Below are positions 36,412 to 49,630 of a stretch of 64,000 nt of DNA, in pieces. This DNA comes from Sphyrna mokarran. Lineage: Eukaryota. Numbering within the stretch: position 1 is the stretch's first letter; each line of letters begins with the position of its first letter. The notes beneath the pieces were generated by a model. The model was not told where the DNA came from and made no database searches. It saw only the letters and a program-made list of their open reading frames with translations. The position numbers and the translations under genes were made by a program. The DNA is taken from the NCBI GenBank assembly GCA_024679065.1, contig JAGIQG010000040.1:6076001-6140000 (forward strand), read 5' to 3'.

Positions 36412-37582
36412 TCACTCGTGAACTTGTTGGTGTCTCAACAGCTGGGATGAAACTCTGAATCCCTTTCCACACTGAGAGCAGGTGAACGGCCTCTCCCCAC
36501 TGTGAACTTGCTGGTGTGTGCATAGGTTGGATAGGTCAGTGAATCCCTTCCCACACTGAGGGCAGATGAATGGCCTCTCCCCAGTGTGAATTCGCTCATG
36601 TGTCCGCAGACTGGATAACTGAGCGAATCCCTTTCCACACTCAGAGCAAATGAATGGCTTCTCCCCAGTGTGAACTCGCTGGTGTCTCCGCATGCTGGAT
36701 GAATCACTGAATCCCTTCCCACACTGGGAGCACGTGAATGGTTTCTCCCCAGTGTGAACTCGTAGGTGTGTCTGCAGACTCGATAACTGAGTGACTCCCT
36801 TACCACACTGAGAGCAGGTGAATGGTTTCTCCCCAGTATGAATTCGCTGGTGCTTCCGCAGGTTGGATGATTGAGTGAATCCCTCCCCACACTGAGGGCA
36901 GATGAATGGCCTCTCCCCAGTGTGAACTCGCTGATGTGTCTGCAGGCTGGTTGAATGAGTGAATCCCTTCCCACAATGAGAGCACATGAATGGCCTCTCC
37001 CCAGTGTGAAGTCGCTGGTGTGTTTGCAGGCTCGATAAATGAATGAATTCCTTCTCACACTGAGAGCAGATGAATGGTCTCTCCCCAGTGTGAACTCGCT
37101 GGTGTGTCCGCAGGTTGGATAACTGACTGAATCCCTTCCCACACTGAGAGCAGGTGAACGGCTTCTCCCCACTGTGTACCCGCTGGTGTGTCTGCAAGTT
37201 GGATAACTGACTGAATCCCTTCCCACACTGAGAGCAGATGAACGGTCTCTCCCCAGTGTGAACTCGCTGGTGTATCTGCAGGCTGGATAACTGACTGAAT
37301 CCTTTCCCGCAATGAGAGCAGGTGAATGGCCACTCCCCAGTGTGAACACACTGGTGTGTCTGCAGGTGAGATGATTGTGTGAATCCCTCCGCACACTGAG
37401 AGCAGGTGAACGGCCTTTCCCCAGTGTGAACTCGCTCGCAGATGGGATATTTCACTGAATCCCTTCCCACATTGAGAACAGGTGAATGGCCTCTCTCCAG
37501 TATGACTGCGCCGGTGAACCTCCAGCTCTGATGGGGCTCTGTATCTCTTCCCACAGTCCCCACATTTCCATGGTTTCTCCAT
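36412..37582 (-). pseudogene. Frameshifted C2H2 ZNF (ZNF-4), originally 14 fingers; 8-nt deletion in finger 2 at ~37437
   Basis: MEKPWKC frame (ORF 37055..37582) runs to ..ISHLR, then the 12 remaining fingers lie in another frame. CTGCG^AGCGAGTTCAC lacks the usual GACACACC. Confidence 0.8.
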
Positions 37583-38026
37583 GGGGGAGGTGTCCTTGCC
37601 TCTCTATCTGGTGGACAATCAGTTGAAGCCTCATCAACACACACACAACACGACTACAGTTTCTCCCTGCTATTAACGGTGTGATTTTTATTCAGGCTGT
37701 GTAACCGTATAAAGCTTTTTAGTCAATGGAACACTTCCATCTGAGTGTGGTGGTACGTTGATCCTTTTCCAGTCACACTGATATTTGAAATCTTTTCAAA
37801 TCGACAGACCGGACAACCATTTCTCCTCGATTCAAAGGCTGATGATATTCAGTCCCAAGGAATATGACTCTCTCAGATCTAGATGAGACAGAGAGACCTG
37901 GGCCAACCTTTCTAGAGTCTGCAGCCTCCCTGGATTCACTTCCTTTCCCTTCAGTTGCTGCAATCCCCAATTTCCCCAGAATTGGAAAAGAAATGGGAAG
38001 GGGGAGAAAAGGAAGTGTTTTACTCA

Positions 38027-38600
38027 CAGAAGTTGGAGACAGCAGGAAGTTTCTATCTGTCTGAAGCTCAATCTTCATTCACACCAAACCCGCTCTCTGA
38101 TTGGCTGGAGGACAAGAATCCTTCCGGTGTTCCAACACTTCCCATTGGCCAGCTATGGTGAGTGGCAGTGAGTCGGAAGTGCATATTAGTGGAATTTGGG
38201 GAATGCGCATGTGCGAATTTTGCAGTGAATGCGCATGTGCGGGTGTGGGGCCGGGCCCGGGACAGAGCCGGCGCACTGACCATTGTCTGTCCGAGTCTTC
38301 CAGCCTTTCCCATTGGACAGCAGCTCAGCGCGGCTGGAGGGCCAAGCCCCGCCCATCCCTACGCGGGTCTCCACCTCCCATTGTCTGTTGCGGGGAGATT
38401 GACCAATGGAAACTCTGGAGGACCGGAAAGATTCTGTTCCGCCAGCCAATCAGCGCTCCTCATTGTTTGAATGCGGAAATGGGACAATGAGCTTGTTCAG
38501 CTGCTCATTCCTGCTCAGCAAAGCTGCTGTTCTCTCTGAATGAAGACTGAGCTTTAGACAGGCTCAAACTTCCTTCTGTTTCCAACATTTGGAAGTAAAA
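38027..38600. promoter_or_regulatory. Bidirectional promoter of ZNF-4 and ZNF-5 with inverted cassettes (38098-38151 and 38399-38452)
   Basis: Same CCAAT-ETS-CCAAT cassette, two TGCGCATGTGCG sites, exon-1 donor at 38027 (-). Confidence 0.72.
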
Positions 38601-38719
38601 CACTTTTTTTTCTCTCATTCTAGACTTTAATTTTTAACTTCCAGGTCATCACTCATTGCCTCAATCAGGATCCTCCTTACATTTTTCACATATCTCTTGC
38701 CATGTATTATACACGTCGT

Positions 38720-39048
38720 TGCAGCGGCACAGTGGCTTGCACAGCTGCTTCACTGATCCAGGAAGATTAGTTTGATTCTCCGGCTTGGGTGTCTGAGCGG
38801 AGTCTGCAGATTTTCCCTGTGTCTTCATGGACTTCCTCCGATTGCTCCAATTCTCTTCCATACTCCAAAGATGTGCAGCTTAGGCTGATTGAACATGCTA
38901 AATTGTCCCTTAGCTCTAAAGATATGTAGGTGAGAGGAAATGGCTAGGTAAATAGGAATGGTGTCTGGATGGGATTCTCTGTCAGAGTCATTGCAAACTC
39001 AATGGACCAAATGATCTCTTTCTGCACTGTACCCATTCCAAGATTCTG
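38720..39048 (+). mobile_element. tRNA-derived SINE (mirror copy ~63458-63786, -)
   Basis: gcggcacagtggct..cagctgcttcac head plus core. Confidence 0.7.
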
Positions 39049-39719
39049 TAATTAGTCTGTTCATTTACGTCCAAATGTAAAACTTTAACATGGTTGTCAG
39101 CTTGAAGATTTTGAACTCTCTGTGTCCAGGACAAGAAGAAGTGAGAATGGATCTATTAATCAGACTCAATCAGCACCTTCAAGAGAATTGGGAGGGTGAA
39201 TATTAGATACAGCAGAGTGAGAATGGAGGGAGAGTGTGTGGGATGGAGATTTATAGCTTTTGGGGAATGAGAGAGGATAGAATGTTTCATAGCAACTAGA
39301 ATTGTCTGTTCTGAATTTCTATCCTGTACTGACACAGATAACTTTTGCAAACTCCTTTTACAGGATATCAGAAGGTGACAATTTACAGACAGAAATCTAA
39401 AGTAAACATCATATCTAGATCTGACAGAATTGCTTGATTCATCGGGACCTGACTATCATTGACTATTGAATCAAGCAGGAAAAATGTTTCCCTGTACTGT
39501 CTGCTTCAGAATGCTTTAAATATTAGTGAGACTGTGAAAACTCTGAGATATGCAGATACCCAAGTGAGAGTTTTGCAGTACACTGAATGTGGAAAAACAC
39601 ATTCAGTGAACCAGCCTGAAAATACATTGCAGCAATCATACCTGGGACAGACTGTACTCGTGTTCTGTGTGAGATTTAACTGATTGCTCAACCTGAAGAG
39701 TCACAAGGACACCCGCAGC

Positions 39720-40133
39720 ATGGAGAAACCGTGGAAATGTGTGGACCGTGGGAAGGGATTTAGGCACTCATGTCAACTGGAAATTCACCAATGCATTCAC
39801 ACTGGGGAGAGGCCATTCACCTGCTCCGTGTATGGGAAGGGATTCACTCAGTTACTTTCACTTGTTGAAACACACTATCACTCACAGCAATGAGAAACCC
39901 TTAAATGTTCTGACAGTGGGAGCGGCTTCAAAAGATATTGGCAACTAGTGTCCCATTGGGGCATTCACACTGAAGAGAGATCGTTCAGCTGCTCTCACTG
40001 CCCAAAGAAGTTTAGAAGGTTATCCAGCCTGCAGGCACACCAGTGGGTTCACACTGGAAAGAGACCATTTGTGTGTGGGAAGGGATTCACTCAGCCATCC
40101 CACCTGGTAACACATCAGCAAGTTCACAAATGA
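39720..40133 (+). pseudogene. C2H2 ZNF pseudogene (ZNF-5)
   Basis: MEKPWKCVDR (Cys lost); fingers split across three frames; conserved 3' UTR follows. Confidence 0.85.
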
Positions 40134-40659
40134 TGGCCAGGATGTATTCTGCTGTTATTGTTACTGTTAATCACATCCAGAACTGCACCATGTTCATTGG
40201 TGAAGTAGGAGGGTTGAAGGGTTTCTTTCTGCTGGACTGGCCAGTTTCAAAATTTTGCTTCCAGTGGGCTGATGCTCTTTGAGCCTGGGAGAGCACATTT
40301 CCACTGATTCACAGAAGTGATGAAAGACATTTATGTTATCCAAGATAGTAAATAGTGTTTTTCCCATCACTAAAATAAATACAGAAAGAATTGGAAAAAA
40401 AGCAGCAGGTTTGTCATCATTTGTGGAGAGAGAAACAGTGTTAATGTTTCACGATGTAACTCCACTTCAGAACTAAAGAGATGGAGAAATGTGGTGGGTT
40501 TGGTATTGGGGGCGGGTCAGCTAGAACAAAAGTTCGTTATGGACAAAGTACTCGACGAGTTGCAAAAAAAAAACTTGGGATGGGGGAGAATGGATTTTAG
40601 TAAAATAAGCAGGATCTGGCCTTGACCACTGAAGTGTTCACCAACAGGAAGGGAAGACT

Positions 40660-41220
40660 TGCCTGGTGATTGTCGAGTGGTGTTCGTTCATCCGTTCATG
40701 TCGTAGCATCTGCATGGTCTTCCCAATGTACCATGCCTCAGGATTTCATGGGCATTCGGCCTTCTTTGGGTAAATGTTCTCCAACGCGGCCTTCATGCCA
40801 TATGACAGCACAGAAACTGATAGCCAAGTTCCGCACACGAGGATGGCCTCAACCAGGATCTTGGGTTCATGTCCCCCCCCTCCCCCATGACTTGCCTGGG
40901 CTTGCAACATCTCACTAACTGTCCTGACTGGAGATAATACACATCTCTTTAATCCATGTTTCATGCTATCTCCACTCACATTGTCTGCACCTTTAAGAAT
41001 TGATTAACTGTAAAGATTTGCATTCTAATCAGTTTCTGTAAACTGTGTGTGCCTTTATATGCTCTGTTTGAAACCAGAACTCTCCACTCACCCGACGAAG
41101 GCGCAAACCCTGAAAGCTTGCGGGTTTACTATCAAATAAACTTGTTGGACTTTAACTTGCAGTTAAGAGACTTCTTACTGTATTTACCCCAGTCCAACGC
41201 CAGCATTTCCACATCATAAT
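40660..41220. mobile_element. Rearranged Penelope-like fragment (mirror ~61260-61840)
   Basis: QKLIAKFRT endonuclease tail on + joined to an inverted WYIGxTxQxLRxxM segment. Confidence 0.65.
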
Positions 41221-43139
41221 CACACAGATGGCAGGATGGCTTCTTTCTGAGCTGTAGTGAATCTGTTCTGTACTGTGTGCCATGGTCTTCCTGGTGTCAG
41301 ATCCCCAAAACCTGACTCAATTCTCAAACAGCAACTGAACCATTGTTGAGAAGTTTATTTTATAAAATGTAGGATGATTTTTTTAAACACACTCCCCAGC
41401 TTGAATGATTTCTGTATCTAAACTCTTGGTGGCAATTTATTAAAGTACAGGGTGTAATATTTTGTGTTGTGGGAGATAATAGTTTAGTCTGAGTTGGAGA
41501 GTCAAACAGGCTCTTTACTGCAGACAGCTTACCATGGCAGCACTGATAAGACATTCCATTGCACGGAATCAACTCTGAAACCCTTGCCTCAGGCCCGATT
41601 GTACTCAGTAGCCACTAATGATTTAACATGTTTTTGTGACTATCTTGAATCAATGACTTTAAGGCTGGTGTTACTAATTTAAAATAAACCCATTCAAACT
41701 AATTTATAAGAGTCTGTATTAAAATATCAGGTGGAGGAATTCACAGAAGCTTGTTAACCCTGGGACAATGATACAACAGACATTGAGTGAAGCACAGATC
41801 CGACCTGGAAACTGGAGGAGTGAATATTGGAAATACCGCCCCTCCAGCACTCAGTGCCTTGTGACTTCACCCATAGCTCTGAGCTCGTAGACACAGAACA
41901 GAAGCTCCTTTACAACTGGGCTTAGAGTCAGGAAAAATAAAGGGGAAGGCTGGAAACGTGCTGTCAAATCAGAGATTGGTGTAAAACTGGGATGTATTCC
42001 TGACTGAGAGTGAAACAGTGGGTTCAAATTTCTGGGGCTGAAAAATGATTGGTAATTATTATGTGATGGTTCCATCTAGCCAGCAGAATTTCTAATATCA
42101 GGGAGAGACACAGAAGTACTGCTTCCCAGTCTGGAATCCAATCGCTTCCCAGTAAAGCTGAAAGTGAATCCTTGGATTCCTCTGTGAAGGAACAACCCGA
42201 CCTTCATCTGTCAATCAATCTTCCCATAACAATTCCAAAGGGACGTAAACTCGGAAAACTCAGGACACTCCATTGGGCCCAAATTACAAATAAAAAGGCC
42301 AATTGTGTTTCCATCAGACGTCACGGCAACGATCCAAAAAAGGATTAAAATACATTCTTTAAATGCACAGTAGCATCACAAGTGAACACTGTAGAATTGA
42401 CTCCACTGATTTGTGAGCTCACTGGTACCTCAGAAGACGAGATGTTTGATTCAATCCTTTCTGTAAGTAATTGAATTCTCAATGATATTCCACATCTTGT
42501 ATTTTATTTACGATGGCATATCTTTAAAACGGGAAATTATTGGATACAACCTGCTGCTCCTTCCTTTTCAGAAAGTATAAGAAATAGGAGCAGGAATCAG
42601 TCATTTCACCCACCGAGATTGCTCTGCCAATCAATGAGATTGTGGCTGGTCAGATTATGGCTGATTGCAGCCTGAACTCCACATTCCTGCCTTGCTCCCA
42701 TTACCTTCACCTCCCTTTTGATCAAAGCTGTGTGGAGTTCAGCCTTGAATATATTTAATGACCCAGCCTCCACTGCTCTCTAAGGAGAGAGAACTCCAAA
42801 AGTGAATGAGAAGAAATTCCTCTTCTTCTCCCATTTAATTCCTCCTCACCTCCCCGAATATTATTAAATACTCTGCGCTTCCAGTTCGAGATTTCCAGAT
42901 GGAAAACATCCTCTCAGCATCCACCCTGTCAAACCCTCTCAGAATAAGATTGTCTCTCATTCTGATAAACTCTGTGGTCAGACCCAACTTTCCACATAAA
43001 ATAACCCCTTCATCCCGGGAATCAGCCCAGTGAACCTTCTCTGAACTGCTTCTAACACAATAGTATTTTGTGCGTTTTAATGAAAACAGGAACAAATATT
43101 TGTTCAAAGTCTGGGCCATTTATCATTTATTTCTCAAAC

Positions 43140-43405
43140 TTAAAGTTTATTAATCACAAGTAAGGTTTGCATTAACACAGCAGTGAATTTACTGTGAAAT
43201 TCCCCGAGTTGCCACTCTATGGCACCAGCTTAGGTCAATGCATTTAACCAACATGACTTTCGACTGTGGGAGGAAACTGGAACACCCGGAGGAAACCCAC
43301 GCAGACACAGGGAGGACGTGCAAACTCCGTACAGATAGTGACCCAAACCAGGAATTGAACCCGGGTTCCTGGCCGTGTGAGGCAGCGGTGTTAACCACTG
43401 TGCTG
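43140..43405 (-). mobile_element. tRNA-derived SINE with an aataaacttt-type tail (mirror ~59074-59340, +)
   Basis: Head gcagcacagtggttaacaccgctgcctcac..gggttcaattcc. Confidence 0.8.
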
Positions 43406-43872
43406 CCTCATCTTACCTGCTAAGGAACCAATGCTCACTTCATCTATTGTATTCCATTTTTATAAACTTGGAGAAAATTTACTTTGAAATTTTTCCTGTG
43501 AGTTTCCCGACATTCTCCATTTTCCAAAACATTCTGTGGTTTTAGAGAGGAATGGGGAGTTGGGAATCAGAAGTAGTTTGCACAGACGGTGGGATCAAGA
43601 GCTGGTTCTTTGAGGATGGGGCTGATGTTGACAGTTTTGCAGATACTGACAGGACCCGAGGCAAGAGAACAATTAAAACAATCAGCTCACACGGGGAAGG
43701 AACAGACAGAACAGCCTCTCCCCAACATCAGTGTGCTGGTTTACAGTGAATTGAGATGATTGTCTGAACTCAGCCCTATAGTGAGAGCATCCGAATAGTC
43801 TCTTGTCAGTGTCACATGTTGATGGGACATCGGTTCGTCCAATCTTCCACAGCACTTCCTGGAGTTGAGCAT

Positions 43873-44421
43873 TCAGACACATTTCTTATCAGTGTGACTG
43901 CGCTGGTGTTTCCGCAGGTTGGCTAACCGAGTGAATCCTTTCCCACACCCAGGGCAGGTGAATGGTTTCTCCCCAGTGTGAACTCGCTCATGTGCCAGCA
44001 GGTTCGATGAGTGAGTGAATCCCATCCCACAGTCAGAGCAGAGGAATGGTCTCTCCCCAGTGTGAACTCTCCGGTGGTTCAGCAGGTTGTATGAATGAGT
44101 GAATCGCTTTCCACAGTCAGAGCAGATGAACGGCCTCTCCCCGGTGTGAATTCGCTGATGTGTCACCAGACTGGAAGACTGAGTGAATCCCTTCCCACAC
44201 ACGGGACAGGTGAACTGTCGTTCCCCAGTGTGATTTCGCTCATGAGCTTTCAGTTCAAATGGGTAACTGAATCCCTTCCCACAGTCCCCACATTTATAGG
44301 GTCTCTCTCCAGTGTGAACGTGCTTGTGTCTCAACAGGCCAGATGATCGGCTGTAGCCTTGCCCACACTCAGAACACATGTACGGTTTCTCCGCACTCTT
44401 AACGGTGCTTTTACTTTCCAT
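43873..44421 (-). CDS. C2H2 zinc-finger protein, 6 fingers (ZNF-6a)
   Basis: First ATG at 44421 ([16 protein letters not shown]); acceptor TTTCACAG|GGTATT at 44523; CCAAT/GC-box region at ~44860-44950. Confidence 0.85.
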   Translation of the reverse strand: MESKSTVKSAEKPYMCSECGQGYSRSSGLLRHKHVHTGERPYKCGDCGKGFSYPFELKAHERNHTGERQFTCPVCGKGFTQSSSLVTHQRIHTGERPFICSDCGKRFTHSYNLLNHRRVHTGERPFLCSDCGMGFTHSSNLLAHERVHTGEKPFTCPGCGKGFTRLANLRKHQRSHTDKKCV

Positions 44422-45894
44422 GTTCAAATTCTGATGATACTGAAGTTCTGATGAATTGGGTGACTCTCAGATCCTGAGGTGATGTTCAAATTTCCCAACT
44501 GCAAATCCTCAACTTCCAATACCCTGTGAAATTCATTTAAAATAGAAAAAAAGGGAATGAGAGAGACCCCACAAAACACAAAGGCAGCTTGTGAAATTGA
44601 GCTGAACAAATCTGGTAATTTGTGAAGCTGGCAGGAGGAAAAAATGACCATAAAAACTGCTTGATTGTCACAAAAACTCAACTGGCCTTTACAGAAGCCG
44701 AGAGAAAGAGGTGAAGGAGAGGGATTTTGTATATCTACAAGACATACTAAGACAGTAGACAGCAAAGCAAATTTGACCCTGAGCTTCATAAAGTGTGATA
44801 TTGAGATATAAACAGGGAAGTTATCCTGAATATTTATAAAGTTCTGGTCACCACTTAAGACTCCGCCCCTCATTCACTCTGATTGGTTGGAGGATGTGTC
44901 ACTCCCCCTCAGTCCTCTTCCTATTGGTTCGAAGCTGCCGTCAATCAGCCCCCGGGCATTGTGATGCGGGGCATGCACAGTGTGGCTCATGTCCAGGGAC
45001 AGGCGCTTGTTAGTTTCACCTTCAGGCGGGAAGGAGGTGGTTAAGCAGAGGCAGCGTTAGAGGCAGCAGGTGGGAGGGGAGGCCTCAACATTCAGGGCAA
45101 ACCCCATTCATCAGGGTCTGGATATTATCAGCCTTTGAGTTTAAACATTGAGTTCCAGCTCATTACTGCTTACTATAGAAAAGAAATTATTTTCACTATC
45201 TCTCTTTCTAAAATCTTAAAACTCTGTTCATAAGTTTGTCAGATACAAGAGCAGAATTAGGCCATTCAGCCCATTAGTTTTCTCTGTCATTTGATCATGG
45301 CTGATATACTCCTCATCCCCATTTTCCTGCCTTCTCCCCATCACTGTTCAACCCATTACCAATTAAAAATCTGTCTAACTCCTCCTTAAATTTACTCATT
45401 ACTATCCAGTATAAAGTTATTGTACGATATAGAAACTAAGAGTAGGCCATTTGATCTGAACAAAAAAAGAACAAAACAGCACGGGGCCCTGCTCCACCAT
45501 TCAATATGATCATGGCTGATCCTCTACCTCAATGCTATATCCTTTCCATACCACCCAAATACCCATTAAAATCTAAAACGAAAACTATCTCTTCCTTGAA
45601 AATATTCAGTGATTTCGATTCCACAGCCCTCTGTGATAGAGAATTTCCCACGTTCACTGTCCTTTGATGTTTTTCCTCATTTTAGTCTCATGTGACATCT
45701 GGTTTCATGGATCATTTCAGTGGGAGTGTGCCCTTGCTCAAAGGGAATCAGCCACTGGAATTAAAATAGAGAGACTGTCCAGTCCAACAGCAAGAAACCC
45801 TCTGACCCTCCCACTTCACCGACTGTCAGAATGAACGTGCTTCAGTCCTGGATATGATTAACAGCAGCAATAAAGCAAAATCCAACTCCTGTCA

Positions 45895-47325
45895 TCACTT
45901 GTGAACTGGTTGATGTTTCAACAAGCTGGATAACTGAGTGAATCCCTTCCCACACACAGAGCAGGTAAATGGCTTCTCTCCAGTGTGGATTCGCTGGTGG
46001 GACAGCAGGGTGGATATCTGAGTGAATCCCTTCCCACAGTTAGAGCAGGTGAATGGTCTCTCCCCCGTGTGAACTCGCTGGTGTATCAGCAGCGTGGACG
46101 TCCGAGTGAATCCTTTCCCACAATCAGAACAGATAAACGGTCTCTCTCCAGTGTGAACTCGCTGGTGTGTCTGCAGCGCAGATAAATCACTGAATCCCTT
46201 CTCACACTCTGAGCAGGTGAACGGTCTCTCCCCAGTGTGAACTCGCTGGTGTCTCTGCAGCTGGAATGACCGAATGAACCCCTTTCCACACACAGAGCAG
46301 GTGAATGGTCGCTCCCCAGTGTGAACTCGCTGGTGTGTCTGCAGTGCAGATAAATCACTGAATCCCTTCTCACACTCTGAGCAGGTGAACGGCCTCTCCC
46401 CAGTGTGAACTCGCTGGTGTCTCTGCAGATGGAATGACCGAATGAACCCCTTTCCACACACAGAGCAGGTGAATGGTCTCTCCCCAGTGTGAACTCGCTG
46501 GTGTATCAGCAGTGTGGATGCCCGAGTAAATCCCTTCCCACAATCGGAACAGGTAAATGGTCTCTCTCCAGTGTGAACTCGCTGGTGTGTCTGCAGCGCC
46601 GATAAATCACTGAATCCCTTCTCACACTCTGAGCAGGTGAACGGCCTCTCCCCAGTGTGAACCCGCTGGTGTCTCAGCAGGTGGAATGATCGAATGAATC
46701 CCTTTCCACACACGGAGCAGGTGAATGGCTTCTGCCCAGTGTGGACTCGCTGATGTGTCAGCAGGGTGGCTAACTGGCTGAATCCCTTCCCACAATCGGA
46801 GCAGGTAAACGGTCTCTCCCCAGTGTGAACTCGCTGGTGTGTCAGCAGAGTGGATGACCGAGAGAATCCCTTCCCGCAATTGGAGCAGATGAACGGTCTC
46901 TCCCCAGTGTGAACTCTCTTGTGTCTCAGCAGGCTGGAGGAATCTCCGAATCCTTCCCCACACACGGAGCAGGTGAACGGTCTCTCTCCAGTGTGAACGA
47001 GCTGGTGTGTCAGCAGATGGGATGACTGAGTGAATCCCTTCCCACAACTGGAACAGGTGAACAGTCTCTCCCCAGTGTGAACTCGCTGGTGTTTCAGCAA
47101 GTTGGAAGACTGAGTGAATCCTTTCCCACAATTGGAGCAGGTGAACGGTTTCTCCCCAGTGTGAACTCGCTGGTGTGCCAGTAGGGTGGAGGAATCTGCA
47201 AATCCTTTCCCACAATTGGAGCAGGTGAATGGTTTCTCCCCAGTGTGACGGCGTCGATGTGTTTCCAGCCCAGACGGGAATCTGAATCCCTTTCCACAAT
47301 CCTCACATTTCCACTGTTTTCCCAT
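45895..47325 (-). CDS. C2H2 zinc-finger protein, 476 aa, 17 fingers (ZNF-7a)
   Basis: Intact ORF MGKQWKC..VHK*. Confidence 0.92.
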   Translation of the reverse strand: MGKQWKCEDCGKGFRFPSGLETHRRRHTGEKPFTCSNCGKGFADSSTLLAHQRVHTGEKPFTCSNCGKGFTQSSNLLKHQRVHTGERLFTCSSCGKGFTQSSHLLTHQLVHTGERPFTCSVCGEGFGDSSSLLRHKRVHTGERPFICSNCGKGFSRSSTLLTHQRVHTGERPFTCSDCGKGFSQLATLLTHQRVHTGQKPFTCSVCGKGFIRSFHLLRHQRVHTGERPFTCSECEKGFSDLSALQTHQRVHTGERPFTCSDCGKGFTRASTLLIHQRVHTGERPFTCSVCGKGFIRSFHLQRHQRVHTGERPFTCSECEKGFSDLSALQTHQRVHTGERPFTCSVCGKGFIRSFQLQRHQRVHTGERPFTCSECEKGFSDLSALQTHQRVHTGERPFICSDCGKGFTRTSTLLIHQRVHTGERPFTCSNCGKGFTQISTLLSHQRIHTGEKPFTCSVCGKGFTQLSSLLKHQPVHK

Positions 47326-47759
47326 GGGGTGGGTGTCTATGTCTCAGTGTTTCTCTTGACACTCTGATGGTTAAACAGGCGTTGGTTTCCCATCCTAATG
47401 AATGATTCCGTCAGAGCTTGATGTGAAGTTTTGTTTGAAATTTCTGATGGCAAATCCTCCCCTTTTAATATCCTGTAAAAGGAGTTTACAAATGTCACCA
47501 CTGTCGATACAGCTCAGAAACAATAGGCAATCCTAGGTGCGGTGGAACATTCTTTCCTCCCTGGTTTAAAGTGAATAATGAATTTAAAACGTCATTGCAA
47601 GTCAGCAAATCAATCAAAATGCTCACATAGGAGTTGCATTTATCTCCAGATGTACAGAAATCAGAAATAGTGAAATTCTGTTCAATTCATACAGAATCTT
47701 AAGAATCTGTAGAATCCTTGCAGTACAGGAACTGCATCAAGTCTGCACCGATGACTTGG

Positions 47760-48005
47760 ATGAATGAACATGGTTCAATCCTGGACATGATTAACAGCAG
47801 CAATAACAGCAGAATCCAACCCCTGTCATCACTTGTCAACTTGCTAGTATCTCAGCAGGTGGAATACTAAGTAAATCCCTTCCCATAATCAGAACAGGTA
47901 AATGCTCCCTCACCAATGTGTCAGCAAGTGGAATGACCGACTGAACCCCCTCCACACACAGTGCAGGTGAACGGCCTTTCCCCAGTGTGAACTTGCTGGT
48001 GAATC
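47760..48005 (-). pseudogene. Decayed ZNF 3' end plus conserved 3' UTR, upstream of the ZNF-7 acceptor (mirror ~54475-54720, +)
   Basis: caccagcaagttcacac.ggggaaaggccgttcacctgc.. followed by tgatgacaggggttggattctgctgttattgctgctgttaatc. Confidence 0.7.
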
Positions 48006-48733
48006 ACACCAGCCCCAGAACCATAGAATCTTGCACAGATAATAGAGCACAGCACTAAAAACTTTGAACTGTAGATGAGTGCTCAATAATACTTCTGGAA
48101 CAATTTCACTGTTTTCAAATTTAAACTTGCTGCTGGAGTCTACAGCTGGAAAGATGTCAAAAGCACTGGAGTGAAAGGAAAAATTGCAGTCTCTAAATCT
48201 TCTAACTCTCTGTAAAAGCAGATTATAAGACTCATGTCAACTGTGGTTCAAAATTAGGAAATAAATATTTTTCTTTGTTTGAGATTGCTGTGTAAATTCT
48301 CACTTCTAAACCCCTGGAAAAGGAGTTTCCAAAATTCATCATTCAGTCCAGGATAGAAACAGAGAATATTCTCTCCTCCTGCTTCCTGATGTAGGATTAG
48401 TTAAGATCAATATGTTTACATTGGGAATAATTCAGACAAGATGCGCTAAGCTGATTCAGGACACAAATGGGTTTGTTTTATGAAGAAAGTTTGGGCAGGA
48501 TGCATCTGTAATCATTGAATTTTAGAGAAATGAAAGATGAACTTATTGAAGCATATAAGATTATCTGGGTGCTTGATAAAATAAGTTCTGAAAGGATATT
48601 TCTCCTCAATGGTGAATCTATAACAGCAGGTCGTTAAAAATAAAGCTCTAAGATAAAGATGCTTGCCACTTGAACACACCACTCTGACTTCCTGTCCACA
48701 CATCCATCCTTGGCCTTTTGCAATGTTCAAATG

Positions 48734-48833
48734 NNNNNNNNNNNNNNNNNNNNNNNNNNNNNNNNNNNNNNNNNNNNNNNNNNNNNNNNNNNNNNNNNNN
48801 NNNNNNNNNNNNNNNNNNNNNNNNNNNNNNNNN
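48734..48833. other. Assembly gap (100 N)
   Basis: Run of exactly 100 N. Confidence 1.
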
Positions 48834-49119
48834 GACACACCAGCGAGTTCACACCGGGGAGAAACCGTTCATCTGTTCAAAGTGTGGGAAGGGATTCAGT
48901 CAATCATCCAACCTAGCAATACATCAAAGGATTCACACTGGGGAGAGGATGTTCACTTGTTCCCAATGTGGGAAGGGCTTTGCTCACTTACACACGCTGC
49001 AGGGTCACCAACGAGTTCACACTGGAGAGAAGCCATTCACTTGCTCTGTGTGTGGGAAGGGATTCAGTCAGTCATCAAATCTGTTGAAACACCAGCGAAT
49101 TCACAAGGAACTATTCTGA
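48834..49119 (+). CDS. 3' end of a C2H2 ZNF gene truncated by the gap (3 complete fingers visible)
   Basis: [22 protein letters not shown]. Confidence 0.8.
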
Positions 49120-49369
49120 TTGAATTTTGCTGTGAATCATGTTCAGACTGGACCATGTTCATTTGGGTCTGGTTCTGCTGAATTGAAAAGTGACTCCTGT
49201 CCTGCTATAGGTGTTAATATAGTTGATCTGAGAATGGGAGGTTTGGGATCAGGGAATTCACAGAAAACCTCAGATCAGGATTGGATGGAGCCACACAATT
49301 TATCGTAACCTAGATTATAGAGAATTTTGAACCTGAAGGAAACAGCATTGTTCTCAACCACCATCACAT

Positions 49370-49630
49370 GAGGGAGAGACCGTGGAAATGTGGAGACTGT
49401 GAGGAGAGACTCAGTTACTTGTCAGAGCTAGAAACACAGTGATGCATTCACACTGTGGGGAGGCCATTCACTCGCTCTGAATGTGGGAAGGGATTTTACT
49501 CAGTCTTCTGAGGTGATTATAAATCAGTGAGTTCACACTGGGGAGAAACCATTCAACAGCCCTGAGTTTCAGAAGAGATTCAGTCGGCCATCCACACTGC
49601 TGAGTCACCAGCAAGTTTACAACTAACCAT
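49370..49630 (+). pseudogene. Degenerate ZNF relic
   Basis: gagagaccgtggaaatgtggagactgtg..cacactggggagaaaccattc with stops and frameshifts. Confidence 0.7.

Larger units (their letters stand above)
38506..48720. repeat. Left arm of a >=10.2-kb inverted duplication (partner 53759-64000)
   Basis: 64000 pairs with 38506 and 53759 pairs with 48720; mirrored ORFs 476 aa/476 aa and 184 aa/184 aa. Confidence 0.95.

Noticed and set aside
22598-47299. Alternative-frame ORFs over ZNF genes ([10 protein letters not shown].., ASSHWGE..)
   Set aside because: Shadow frames of the 84-bp finger repeat.
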